The notes beneath the pieces are model-generated. The model saw only the letters and a program-made list of their open reading frames with translations, was not told the origin of the DNA and did not search any database. The position numbers were made by a program, and so were the translations under genes. A stretch of DNA of 39,497 bases from Mycobacterium sp. (GTDB lineage Bacteria; Actinomycetota; Actinomycetes; Mycobacteriales; Mycobacteriaceae): the NCBI RefSeq assembly GCF_049280035.1, contig NZ_JBAPPI010000211.1, forward strand, positions 1 to 39,497, written 5' to 3'. Positions 18,109 to 26,953 of this stretch are shown in pieces; the first letter of the stretch is position 1; each line of letters starts with the position of its first letter.

Positions 18109-18139
18109 TACAGTAAGAGATACCGGAGTTCAGTCGATA
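18109..18139. promoter_or_regulatory. Weak tandem copies of the TACnG-N9-YnGTA motif
   Basis: TACAGTAAGAGATACCGGA (18109-18127) and overlapping TACCGGAGTTCAGTCGATA (18121-18139), in the divergent ACAD/Mam intergenic region. Confidence 0.35.
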
Positions 18140-18164
18140 ATGACGTCGAGAAGCTGTAATCGCC

Positions 18165-18962
18165 ATGGCTGAGGCGGGCGAACGGCCGCAGGATTCCGCC
18201 AAGGCCAAGGCCGACGCGACCGCGTTGGCCGAGCAAGCCGAGGCTGAAGCCGCTGAGGCAGAAGCGCTGGCTGCGGCGGCGCGCGCCCGCGCTCGCGCCA
18301 TCAAATTGCGGCGTGAGGCGCAAGCACAGGCAGAGCAGAACGCCGACGAGACCACCGCGGTCGTCGAAGCCGCAGACGCCACCGCGGAGGCGCCCGAGAC
18401 GCCCGAACCGGCCAAGGCCGCAGAGTCACCCGCGGCGCCAACCGAGGCAACCCGCCGGCGATTGCGGGTGCCGAACGTGTCCGGGTTATCCAAGCCGCTC
18501 ACCGCGGCCGCCATCGTCGCCATCTGCGGTCTGCTTGGAACTAGCGGATGGATGCTGTGGCATCACCACACCGTGCAGGCGGAACGGCAGCGATCCGCAG
18601 CGTTCATCGCTGCCGCCAAGCAAGGCGTAATCAACCTGACGTCGCTGGACTTCAACAAGGCCAAGGAAGATGTCCAGCGGGTACTCGACAGTGCCACCGG
18701 CGAATTCCGGGACGACTTCCAGCGTCGCGCCGACGATTTCACATCGGTGGTGAAAGATTCCAAAGCGGTCACCGAAGGGTCGGTGGTGGCCAGCGCGGTT
18801 GAGTCGATGAGTAATGACTCCGCCGTTGTCCTGATCTTGGCCAACGAACGCGTCACCAATTCGGCTGGCGCCAAAGACGATCTACGGGCTTTTCGGTTCC
18901 GGGTTTCAGTGGTCCACGACGGCGATCAACTGAAGATGTCGAAAGTTGAGTTCGTGTTATGA
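18165..18962 (+). CDS. Mce-associated membrane protein (Mam/Omam-like)
   Basis: Ala/Glu-rich N-terminus, one TM helix, then [31 protein letters not shown] and KMSKVEFV. Confidence 0.88.
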   Translation: MAEAGERPQDSAKAKADATALAEQAEAEAAEAEALAAAARARARAIKLRREAQAQAEQNADETTAVVEAADATAEAPETPEPAKAAESPAAPTEATRRRLRVPNVSGLSKPLTAAAIVAICGLLGTSGWMLWHHHTVQAERQRSAAFIAAAKQGVINLTSLDFNKAKEDVQRVLDSATGEFRDDFQRRADDFTSVVKDSKAVTEGSVVASAVESMSNDSAVVLILANERVTNSAGAKDDLRAFRFRVSVVHDGDQLKMSKVEFVL

Positions 18963-19615
18963 GCACCGACGACAAGACCGAGCAGCAGGCGGTCGAGGGC
19001 GCGTCCGATCTGGAGCCCAGCGACGGGGTAGAGATCGACAAGACCGCGGACGCCGCCGAGGAAGCGCAGCAGGACGACGAGACGACCGCGCCTGACACGC
19101 CCTCGTCCCTCGGTGACGAGGTCGCACAGCGCCGCGTCAAAATTGTCCCGGTCGTTCTCGTCGTGCTGCTCCTGCTGTCCAGCGCGCTGGCGGCGTGGTT
19201 GTACGTCACCCAGTACCGGCCCGATGAGCAGACCGATGCTCAGACCGTCCATGCGGTGACCACCGCCGCACAGGAAGGCATGACCGCGCTGCTGTCCTAC
19301 AAGTCGGAAACTCTGGACCAGGACGTGACCGCAGCAAAATCCCATCTCACCGGTAATTTCCTGAACGACTACGAGAAGCGCATCCGGGAAGTCGTGGCGC
19401 CGGCGGTTAAGGGAAAGGATGTGGTGACCGTTGCTCAGGTCATTGGCGCCGGGGTCTCCGAATTGCACCCGGATTCGGCGGTCGTGCTGGTCTACATCAA
19501 CGAGGCCACCACCAGCAAAGACCGGCCCGATCCGGCGATGGCGGCGAGCAGCGTGCTGGTGTCGCTGACCAAGGTGCACGGCAAGTGGCTGATCACCAAG
19601 TTCCAGCCGGTCTAG
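18959..19615 (+). CDS. Mce-associated membrane protein (second of the pair)
   Basis: Acidic N-terminus, TM helix, [41 protein letters not shown] overlap with the upstream gene. Confidence 0.88.
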   Translation: MSTDDKTEQQAVEGASDLEPSDGVEIDKTADAAEEAQQDDETTAPDTPSSLGDEVAQRRVKIVPVVLVVLLLLSSALAAWLYVTQYRPDEQTDAQTVHAVTTAAQEGMTALLSYKSETLDQDVTAAKSHLTGNFLNDYEKRIREVVAPAVKGKDVVTVAQVIGAGVSELHPDSAVVLVYINEATTSKDRPDPAMAASSVLVSLTKVHGKWLITKFQPV

Positions 19616-19663
19616 CGCGAGCCCACGCACAGCGATAGCTGCACGCTCGGGGTGGCGCGGCCG

Positions 19664-20644
19664 CTAGATAGCGAACGAGCGGCGAAGCACCTGAGCGTGC
19701 AACGCGGCGCTTTCCCGGGAGACAACCCACTCCGGCACCGCTGAATCGAACCCGTGGAACGTGGCCGCAACAACGTGCAATTCGGTGTGAACATAGTTGT
19801 GCAGCAGCCGGTTGGCGTAGTCGATGGCTTCGTCGCGACACGGGTCGATCTCTGCGCAACTGATGAACGCCGGCGGCAACCCTTCCAAGTTCGCCCGGTG
19901 GGCCGGTACCTGTTGAGCCGTTGCGGCGCTGTGCCCGAGGTAATGGCCCCACGCGCGGCTTACGGCCGGGCCGTTGAGTCCCGGCGTGCGCTGGAATTCC
20001 CGTCGCGACGGCGTCGCGTCGCAGTCGAGCATCGGCTGGTGCAGCACCTGAGCCAGGATCGGCGGACCCTCGTGGTCGAACATGCGCTGGGCCAAGGCAG
20101 CGACCAGCGCCGCGCCCGCGTCCCGGCCCATCACCACCACGCGAGTGCCGTCCGCGCCGAGGCGGGCGCTGTTCTCGACGGCGTAGCGAAACGCCGCTTC
20201 GACGTCATCGAGTGCTGCCGGGCCCGGATGCTCCGGCGCCAGCCGGTAGTCGACCGACACGACAAGGCAGCCGGCCGCGCGGGCCAGGTCCACGCAGTGC
20301 GGATGGTCGGTATCAAGATTTCCAGTCACGAAGCCGCCGCCGTGGGCATATAGCGCCAGCGGTGCTGCCGACTTGGTCAAACCGCGGTAGAGCCGCAGGC
20401 CAAGCCGCCGACCCCCCGGTCCGGTGATGGCGCGGTCTTCGATCTCGACGCTGCCGGTGTCGACGGCCGCCGCGCGCTCGGCAGCCAGCCGATCGGCACG
20501 CTCGCGCTCGGCGGGAAGTGACTCCGCACGGAATTCGACGATGTCCAGGCTGCCTGCGGCGTCGCGCAGCGCCGGGTCGATTCGGCCAATTCCTCTGGGC
20601 CCTGCGGGCCGATTCGGCTGCACGCGATCAGTCTCGGTCGTCAT
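19664..20644 (-). CDS. HSL-family alpha/beta hydrolase with Asp in place of the catalytic Ser
   Basis: HGGGF, VSVDYRLAPEH, nucleophile elbow MGRDAGAAL (normally GDSAGG), IDPCRDE, TFHGF. Confidence 0.85.
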   Translation of the reverse strand: MTTETDRVQPNRPAGPRGIGRIDPALRDAAGSLDIVEFRAESLPAERERADRLAAERAAAVDTGSVEIEDRAITGPGGRRLGLRLYRGLTKSAAPLALYAHGGGFVTGNLDTDHPHCVDLARAAGCLVVSVDYRLAPEHPGPAALDDVEAAFRYAVENSARLGADGTRVVVMGRDAGAALVAALAQRMFDHEGPPILAQVLHQPMLDCDATPSRREFQRTPGLNGPAVSRAWGHYLGHSAATAQQVPAHRANLEGLPPAFISCAEIDPCRDEAIDYANRLLHNYVHTELHVVAATFHGFDSAVPEWVVSRESAALHAQVLRRSFAI

Positions 20645-21117
20645 GCCGTCTCATCTTTCCGGCGTCTTGAACGATCGTCAGCCAAACCGTCGTCAAGGTA
20701 GACCTGTGACTCCATGTGGTGAAAGATGCGGTACTTCTCGCCGCGCGCCACCACCAGCCAGGTGATCCAACTGCTGCCGCTGTGCTCGACGTCGGATTCC
20801 CGTCCGGTGAACCTCCATCGGCTGAACACGACGCAACGCGCGAAGCCGTCGGCCAGCAGATCGGCCGACCGCAGCTCTGACGACACCGACGCGCGCTTGA
20901 GGCGCCCGGCGACCCGTGCCCAGTGTCGGTCGAGTTCGTCGGCGCCGATCAGCGGCATCGCGTACTCGTCCCCGATATACACCGGTTGCGGCGTGTCGTC
21001 TTCCCAGAGGTCGGCGAGCCCCGCGAAATCGAGGGCCGACCATTTTGTGTCGTATTCATCGACCAGCACACTCAGCCTGGCGGCCCACCCGGTCAATGCC
21101 TCACTCGAAACTGACAC
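20641..21117 (-). CDS. NTF2/SnoaL-like domain protein
   Basis: 158 aa. W..LDF..LADLW, IGADELDRHW and the C-terminal YRIFHHMES are typical of the NTF2-like fold. Coupled to both neighbours by overlaps. Confidence 0.65.
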   Translation of the reverse strand: MSVSSEALTGWAARLSVLVDEYDTKWSALDFAGLADLWEDDTPQPVYIGDEYAMPLIGADELDRHWARVAGRLKRASVSSELRSADLLADGFARCVVFSRWRFTGRESDVEHSGSSWITWLVVARGEKYRIFHHMESQVYLDDGLADDRSRRRKDETA

Positions 21118-22262
21118 CGACCGGGGGGCTGCTCCCCGGGCAGGGCTTTCACCGTCGCTGGCAGCCCGTACAACGCCGTCGCGTTGCCGCGCATGATTCG
21201 CTCCCGGTGCGCCGCAGGGAAACGGTTGATCGCATAGGCCGGCGAGTCATAACTCCAGTGCGGGTAGTCCGTCGAGAACATCAGGTTGTCGCCGAGGTCC
21301 ATCATTTCCAGATACTCGCGGAACTGTCTTACGTCGGTGTCTTCCAGCGGCTGGGTGGTGAACCGGACATGTTCGCGGACATACTCCGAGGGCCGGCGAC
21401 GGACGTGCGGCAGGTCGGCACGGCGGGCTTCCCAGATCCGGTCCATCCGCGACATCACCGGCATCGCCCAGGTGAAGCCGCCCTCGATGAATACCACCCG
21501 CAGATCGGGGTGCCGGTCGAATGCGCCGTCGAACACCAGGCTCATCAAATGCGACACGTAGAGCAGCGGCCAAGCGGCAAAGAAATCGTGCCAGTGCGCG
21601 GGATTGCCGACCGGGTAGACCGGAATCAGCTCGAACGGCGTCTGCCCCATCAAGTGGGTCGCCACCGGGAGGCCGTTTCGAGACGCAGCCGCGTAAAGCG
21701 GATCGAAATGTGGGTTGCCGAAAGGGATTCCACGAGTTTGCGGCGTCATCAACACCTGCGCCATGTAGGAGTGTCCGGCCCACCGCTCGACTTCGCGCGC
21801 CGCCTGCTCAGGTACCTGCGCGCTGACGCTGATCGAACCGCGCCAGCGACCGTGCGCGTTGTTGTGATCCAGCCAGACGTCGGCGAGCCAGTCGTTGTAG
21901 GTGGATTTCAGCACATGCTCGGCCTGCGGCAGCTGCGCGTCGCACATCGGCTCCAGTGACGCGATGCTGACGCCGGCGTCGACCAGCAATTGTTTGGCCG
22001 CATAGTCGGGATCGCTACCGGCGAAACCGCCATCGGGCGGGGCCGCGTCGACCCGCAGGGAATTGGTCTTGTATGAGTCCGGGGTGTCGTAAAAATGCGG
22101 TACTGGGTTGACCGCGTTTCCGGTCGGCCAGATCTTGTCGACCCAGTCGGCGGGCGCATATGACTTGAGCACCTCTGGCGAGACGGGTAGCGGGTGGACG
22201 TCGGTGTCGACGATGGCGACCGCGATCTCGGTCTGCGGTTCGACGCGTTCGATCGTGGTCAT
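21093..22262 (-). CDS. Amidohydrolase-fold protein, AibH2-like putative dinuclear oxygenase catalytic subunit
   Basis: IVDTDVHP, GSDP, YNDWL, LPVATHL, VVFIEGG, RPSEYVREHVRFTTQPLE, MFSTDYPHWSYDSP. Confidence 0.8.
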   Translation of the reverse strand: MTTIERVEPQTEIAVAIVDTDVHPLPVSPEVLKSYAPADWVDKIWPTGNAVNPVPHFYDTPDSYKTNSLRVDAAPPDGGFAGSDPDYAAKQLLVDAGVSIASLEPMCDAQLPQAEHVLKSTYNDWLADVWLDHNNAHGRWRGSISVSAQVPEQAAREVERWAGHSYMAQVLMTPQTRGIPFGNPHFDPLYAAASRNGLPVATHLMGQTPFELIPVYPVGNPAHWHDFFAAWPLLYVSHLMSLVFDGAFDRHPDLRVVFIEGGFTWAMPVMSRMDRIWEARRADLPHVRRRPSEYVREHVRFTTQPLEDTDVRQFREYLEMMDLGDNLMFSTDYPHWSYDSPAYAINRFPAAHRERIMRGNATALYGLPATVKALPGEQPPGRCQFRVRH

Positions 22263-23356
22263 CGGGCTGTCTCCTTCTCCCCAAGCCCCTTATTTGCTCC
22301 AAGCCCCTTTACTGCAAGCCCGTAGAGCTCGCTGGCGTTTTGCCACAACACCTTGTCGCATTGTGCAGCGTCGAGACCCGAGGCCGCCACGTCTGGCGGC
22401 GACGTCGACCAGTGCGGGTAGCTCGATCCATACATCAGCAGGTCGGCCTTGCCGGTGAAGTCCATCCAGCGCTGCGTCTGACCGGTGTCGGTCGGCCCGT
22501 CGAACGCGGACGAACAAAACCGCACATGCGCGGGTAGGTACTCGCTGGGATAGCGGTCGACCCAGGGCGTTTGGTACCGCATCGACAGCCAGAACGTGTC
22601 CAGCCGCCACATCAGCGGGGTGAGGATGTCATAGCCGCCGTCGGCGAAAACAAATTTCAGGCTCGGATGCCTGCCGAAAACGCCTTCGACGATGAGCGTC
22701 GCAAGGTGGACGAAGTAGTTCAGCGGCATGAAGGCCGCGTAGCCGGGGTAAGTGTGCGCATGGCCGGCGAACGTCGGCGGATAGTCGACACCGTTGCCAC
22801 CGTTGATGTGCACCGCAACCGGCAACCCGTAGGCGGCGGCGGTCTCCCAGATCGGCTCGAACTGTGGTTTGCCGTATGGCTCGCGGGACTGCATCGGAAC
22901 GCCGACCTGTACCAGCTTGGGATGTGCGGCCAGGCGCTCGATCTCGGCGACCGCACCTTTGGGGTCCTCGGGGTTGACCCGGATGCTGCCGCGGAATCGG
23001 TCGGCGGTGTCTGGCTCCAGCCATCGGTCCAACAGCCAGTCGTTGACCGCCGCACAGATTCGGCTGTTGAGCAGATAGTCGGCAATGTTGCCGCGGGTCA
23101 ACGGGTTCAAGATGGCGTACTGCACCCCGGCGTCGTCAAAGAGATGACGGGCGACGGTTTCCGGATCAGACCCTGGGTAGTGCTCTCCGTAGAGGTCTTG
23201 GCGATAGTCGCCGCCCGGGGCTTGATACCACTGCTGTTCGACGTCGGGGATCGCCCGTAATTGGTGGGCGGCGGGGAGGTAACGCCGGATTTCGGCGTTG
23301 GAGCCGAAATGCGGCTGAACATTACTGTCGATAACCGGGCCGACCGTAGTACTCAT
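22259..23356 (-). CDS. Amidohydrolase-fold protein with degenerate metal ligands (AibH1-like partner subunit)
   Basis: Same fold motifs as its neighbour, but IDSNVQP, FVFADGG and YGSSYPHW. ATGA overlaps on both sides. Confidence 0.8.
   Translation of the reverse strand: MSTTVGPVIDSNVQPHFGSNAEIRRYLPAAHQLRAIPDVEQQWYQAPGGDYRQDLYGEHYPGSDPETVARHLFDDAGVQYAILNPLTRGNIADYLLNSRICAAVNDWLLDRWLEPDTADRFRGSIRVNPEDPKGAVAEIERLAAHPKLVQVGVPMQSREPYGKPQFEPIWETAAAYGLPVAVHINGGNGVDYPPTFAGHAHTYPGYAAFMPLNYFVHLATLIVEGVFGRHPSLKFVFADGGYDILTPLMWRLDTFWLSMRYQTPWVDRYPSEYLPAHVRFCSSAFDGPTDTGQTQRWMDFTGKADLLMYGSSYPHWSTSPPDVAASGLDAAQCDKVLWQNASELYGLAVKGLGANKGLGEKETAR
22281..22321. repeat. Short imperfect tandem repeat (CCAAGCCCCTT twice at period 18, plus a partial third copy)
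   Basis: Copies at 22281-22291 and 22299-22309, with CAAGCCC at 22315-22321. Encodes the GLAVKGLGANKGLG tail. Confidence 0.6.
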
Positions 23357-23712
23357 GCTGTCACGTACACTTCGCCGTCGCTGACGTCGACTTGGTAGGT
23401 GCGGATTCGTCGCTGCGGGTCAGCGATATTGCATCCGGTGGTGATGTCGAATTCCCAATTGTGCCAAGGGCACCGAACGATCTGCCCGTCGCGGGTGCGC
23501 CGCAGCCCGTCCGGCGCGTCACGGTCGACTTCGTTGGTTCCGCCGGTGTAGCCCAGACACAGTGGCGCACCCTCGTGAGAGCAGTAGTTGACGATGGCGT
23601 GCAAAGACCCCTGCACGTTGTAGACGCCCACGCCGAACTTCCCGACGTCGACCAGCTTCATCGCGCCCGGCGGCAACTCGTCGAGGGAGCACACCAAGCG
23701 GCGTTTCAACAC
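23353..23712 (-). CDS. Rieske [2Fe-2S] ferredoxin
   Basis: 119 aa, NYCSHEGAPL...VRCPWHNWEFDITTG. RBS GGGAGG upstream of the GTG start. Confidence 0.92.
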   Translation of the reverse strand: MLKRRLVCSLDELPPGAMKLVDVGKFGVGVYNVQGSLHAIVNYCSHEGAPLCLGYTGGTNEVDRDAPDGLRRTRDGQIVRCPWHNWEFDITTGCNIADPQRRIRTYQVDVSDGEVYVTA

Positions 23713-23750
23713 GGCCGGATCACCGCCTCCCTAACGATCATGCAGGTCAA

Positions 23751-23769
23751 TACTGTCCCTGTTACGGTA
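23751..23769. promoter_or_regulatory. Candidate operator TACTG-TCCCTGTTA-CGGTA
   Basis: Copy of the 19-bp motif in the divergent Rieske/P450 promoter region. Confidence 0.55.
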
Positions 23770-23795
23770 ACCACCACAAGCCGTTGGGCTTCGTT

Positions 23796-23815
23796 GCTAT
23801 TTATATTATGATAGC
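23796..23815. promoter_or_regulatory. Palindrome GCTAT-N10-ATAGC around an AT-rich core (candidate operator or -10 region)
   Basis: GCTATTTATATTATGATAGC, 33 bp upstream of the P450 start. Confidence 0.35.
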
Positions 23816-23848
23816 GAAATTCCACGGTTGCTCAGAAGGGAGCGCTGA

Positions 23849-25075
23849 ATGACGCTCAGCACCGACCCCGACGGCCAACCCGTCACTCTCGACTTCACCG
23901 GCGAAACCAGCCCCTATCCGTTCTTCGAATACATGAGGCACATCGATCCGGTCTGGCACGGCTCGTTGATGGACCACACGCAGATGCCCGAGGAACTGCG
24001 GCCGGACGACGAGTGGGTTTTGTTCGGCTACGACGGCGTGTTCCAGGCTTTCCGCGACGACCGGATCTTCACCTCCGCCGAATACGACAAGACCATCGGT
24101 TTGGTGATGGGCCACACCATCTTGGCGATGGGCGGCAAAGAGCACCACGATCACCGCAGCTTGGTGGCCAAGGCATTTCGCGCCACCGCGCTGGAACGCT
24201 GGGAACCGTCGGTTATCGGGCCGGTGTGCGATCAGCTGATCGATGAGATCAAGAGCGACGGACACGCCGACCTGGTGAAGGCGCTGACGTTCGAGTTTCC
24301 GACCCGGATCATCTCCGTGTTGCTCGGACTGCCCCCTGAAGATCTCGACTTGTTCCGGCGGCTGTCGCTTGACCTCATTTCGATCCCGACCGACATCATG
24401 GCGGGGCTGAACGCGGCGAACGAGTTGCATGGCTATTTCCTCGACCAGGTCGAACAGCGGCGCCGCAAAGCAACCAACGACATCATCGGCGACCTGGTCG
24501 CCGCCGAAATCGACGGCGAGAAGCTCACCGACGAAGCCATCATCTCGTTTCTCCGTCTGCTGCTGCCCGCCGGATTGGAGACCACCTACCGCTCGTCGGG
24601 CAACCTGTTGTACCTGTTGCTCACCCACCCCGAACAGTTGGCGATGATCTACCGGGACCGCTCACTGATACCCGCCGCCATCGAAGAGGGCCTGCGGGTG
24701 GAAACCCCGCTCACAATGGTCATGCGGACCACCACCGAGGATGTCGAAATAGGTGGCAAGACAATCCCGGCCAACGCACAGATCGACATGTGTATAGGCT
24801 CGGCCAACCGCGACGAGCACCGCTGGACCGACTCCAACACGTTCGACATCTGCCGCCCGCGCCAAGCACACATCGCGTTCGCCGGCGGCATCCACATGTG
24901 TCTCGGAATGCACTTGGCGCGGTTGGAAACCCAGGTGATGCTGAACAGCTTGCTCGACCGGGTCGCGAACTTGGCCCTGGAGACCGACGACGGAACCGGA
25001 GACGACGCGAGAATCGTCGGCCTCACCTTCCGGTCGCCCAACAAGCTTCCGGTCACCTTTACCCCGGTGTCATGA
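23849..25075 (+). CDS. Cytochrome P450
   Basis: I-helix AGLETT, EEGLR (ExxR), SANRDE, heme motif HIAFAGGIHMCLG. Confidence 0.95.
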   Translation: MTLSTDPDGQPVTLDFTGETSPYPFFEYMRHIDPVWHGSLMDHTQMPEELRPDDEWVLFGYDGVFQAFRDDRIFTSAEYDKTIGLVMGHTILAMGGKEHHDHRSLVAKAFRATALERWEPSVIGPVCDQLIDEIKSDGHADLVKALTFEFPTRIISVLLGLPPEDLDLFRRLSLDLISIPTDIMAGLNAANELHGYFLDQVEQRRRKATNDIIGDLVAAEIDGEKLTDEAIISFLRLLLPAGLETTYRSSGNLLYLLLTHPEQLAMIYRDRSLIPAAIEEGLRVETPLTMVMRTTTEDVEIGGKTIPANAQIDMCIGSANRDEHRWTDSNTFDICRPRQAHIAFAGGIHMCLGMHLARLETQVMLNSLLDRVANLALETDDGTGDDARIVGLTFRSPNKLPVTFTPVS

Positions 25076-26229
25076 AAAGCCGGGCGGCGATTCTGCATGA
25101 TGTCGGCGGCCCGTGGTCCGTTGAGGAATTCGAGCTAGACCCGCCGCGCGCCGGCGAAGTTCTCGTCCAGATGGCCGCCGCCGGGCTGTGCCACTCCGAC
25201 GACCACATCCTCAAGGGCGACATGGCGGCGCCCAACGAAGTCCTTAGGGCAATGGGACTGCCGACGATGTTTCCCACCATCGGCGGCCACGAGGGATCCG
25301 GCATCGTGCGCGAAGTCGGCGACGGCGTCACCGATTTCGAGCCCGGCGACCATGTGGTGATGTCGTTCGTCGCGGTCTGCGGCCAATGTCGCTGGTGTGC
25401 AACCGGTATGGAATACCTGTGCGATGAGGGCATCGGAACGCTGACCCCGGGGATGCCGACCGACGGCACCTTTCGCCACCACACCGCCGAGGGCAAAGAT
25501 CTCGGCCATCTGGCGAAGGTCGGTGCCTTTGCCCAACACACTGTGGTGTCAACGAACTCGCTTGTGAAGATCGAGCGGCACCTGCCCCTCGCGCCGAGCG
25601 CGCTGCTCTCGTGCGCCATTCCGACCGGATACGGTTCGGTCGCGAACCGCTCCAATATGCGGGCGGGCGACACCGTCGTGGTCGTCGGCGTCGGCGGCAT
25701 CGGGACCGGTGCGATCCAGGGTGCGCGAATCAACGGCGCCGCGCAGATCATCGCCGTCGACCCGGTGGAGTTCAAGCAGAAATCGGCGATGAAATTCGGT
25801 GCCACCCACAGCGCCGCGACGGCATCCGAGGCGCTCGACCTTGTCAGTGGTTTGACCTACGGGGTGATGGCCGACGCCGTCGTGGTCTCGCCGTCTCTGG
25901 TCACCCCCGAGGACGTGCGCGATGCGGTGAAGATGACCCGCAAGGGCGGGACCTGCGTGCTGACCGGCATGACCTCGCAGTTGACCCATTCAGTCAAGAT
26001 CGACCTGCAGGATTTCATCCTGATGAACAAGACGCTGGCCGGCACCGTATTCGGCTCTTGCAACCCAAAGTCGGACATCTTCCGGCTGGCCAGGCTTTAT
26101 GAGACCGGGCAACTGCTGCTCGACGAGATGATCACCAGACGATACCGGCTCGACGACATCAACGATGCCTACACAGACCTGCTCAACGGTGAAATCGTGC
26201 GTGGTGTCATCGATTTCGGCGCGGCGTGA
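25072..26229 (+). CDS. Zn-dependent (NDMA/mycofactocin-type nicotinoprotein) alcohol dehydrogenase
   Basis: AGLCHSDDH, GGHEGSG, CGQCRWC...C, SCAIPTGYGS, VGVGGIG. Start MKSRAA overlaps the P450 stop (ATGA). Confidence 0.88.
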   Translation: MKSRAAILHDVGGPWSVEEFELDPPRAGEVLVQMAAAGLCHSDDHILKGDMAAPNEVLRAMGLPTMFPTIGGHEGSGIVREVGDGVTDFEPGDHVVMSFVAVCGQCRWCATGMEYLCDEGIGTLTPGMPTDGTFRHHTAEGKDLGHLAKVGAFAQHTVVSTNSLVKIERHLPLAPSALLSCAIPTGYGSVANRSNMRAGDTVVVVGVGGIGTGAIQGARINGAAQIIAVDPVEFKQKSAMKFGATHSAATASEALDLVSGLTYGVMADAVVVSPSLVTPEDVRDAVKMTRKGGTCVLTGMTSQLTHSVKIDLQDFILMNKTLAGTVFGSCNPKSDIFRLARLYETGQLLLDEMITRRYRLDDINDAYTDLLNGEIVRGVIDFGAA

Positions 26230-26953
26230 CCGCCCCGCGTAATCGCTGCGTCTGACCGTACGCGTCGATTGGGCTGTGCAGCGCGAGGCCACCGTCGGCG
26301 TGCACGACCTGGCCTGTCACCCAAGGTAATTCGAGGACACCAATGATGACAGCAGCCACATCGGCGGCTTCTCCGAGGCGTCCCAATGCGGTGCGCTCAC
26401 ACAACCCCTCCACCCAGCCGGGAAGTTGCTCCGGTTCGCCCAGCATCGGTGTCCGGGTGACGCCGGGCCCGACGGCGTTCACCCGGATGCCGTAGCTGCC
26501 CCACTCCACAGCTGCGACCCTGACCAGCATGTTCAACCCCGCTTTGGACACGCAGTAGGCGCCCATGTCCCGGTCGGCGACCGTTCCGCTGATGCTGGAA
26601 ACCACAACGATCGATCCACCGGCTTCCGCGTCGATCATCGCCTGAGCCGCGGCCCGAATGGTCAGCCAGGTGCCGGTGAGGTTTACCGCAAGCACCCGCT
26701 GCCACTGCTCAACCGACTCCGCCAGCAACGTGCCTGACGCGCCGATGCCCGCACAGGCCACCACCCGCGTGGGCACACCATGCTCGTCCACGGTGTGGCT
26801 CATTGCCGCCGTAACCGCGTCCGGATCGCTGATGTCGCAATCGATGTCGCCGCCGGCTTGGTCCCACACCACGACGTCGTGACCCACATCGCGCAACCGG
26901 CCGGCGACTTCTCGCCCGATACCCGACGCACCGCCCGTCACTAGGCTGCTCAT
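26207..26953 (-). CDS. Short-chain dehydrogenase/reductase
   Basis: VTGGASGIG, ACAGI, VNLTG, SSISG, YCVSK, IRVNAVGPG, DGG. Confidence 0.9.
   Translation of the reverse strand: MSSLVTGGASGIGREVAGRLRDVGHDVVVWDQAGGDIDCDISDPDAVTAAMSHTVDEHGVPTRVVACAGIGASGTLLAESVEQWQRVLAVNLTGTWLTIRAAAQAMIDAEAGGSIVVVSSISGTVADRDMGAYCVSKAGLNMLVRVAAVEWGSYGIRVNAVGPGVTRTPMLGEPEQLPGWVEGLCERTALGRLGEAADVAAVIIGVLELPWVTGQVVHADGGLALHSPIDAYGQTQRLRGAVTPRRNR

Noticed and set aside
19616..19663. REP-like inverted repeat or terminator between the convergent Mam and hydrolase genes
   Set aside because: The arms (CGAGC...GCTCG) are short and mismatched, too weak to call.
21093..21130. Possible frameshift at the G6 run near the end of the catalytic amidohydrolase (25-bp overlap with the next gene)
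   Set aside because: All fold motifs are complete before this point and short overlaps are common here. It cannot be supported without orthologues.
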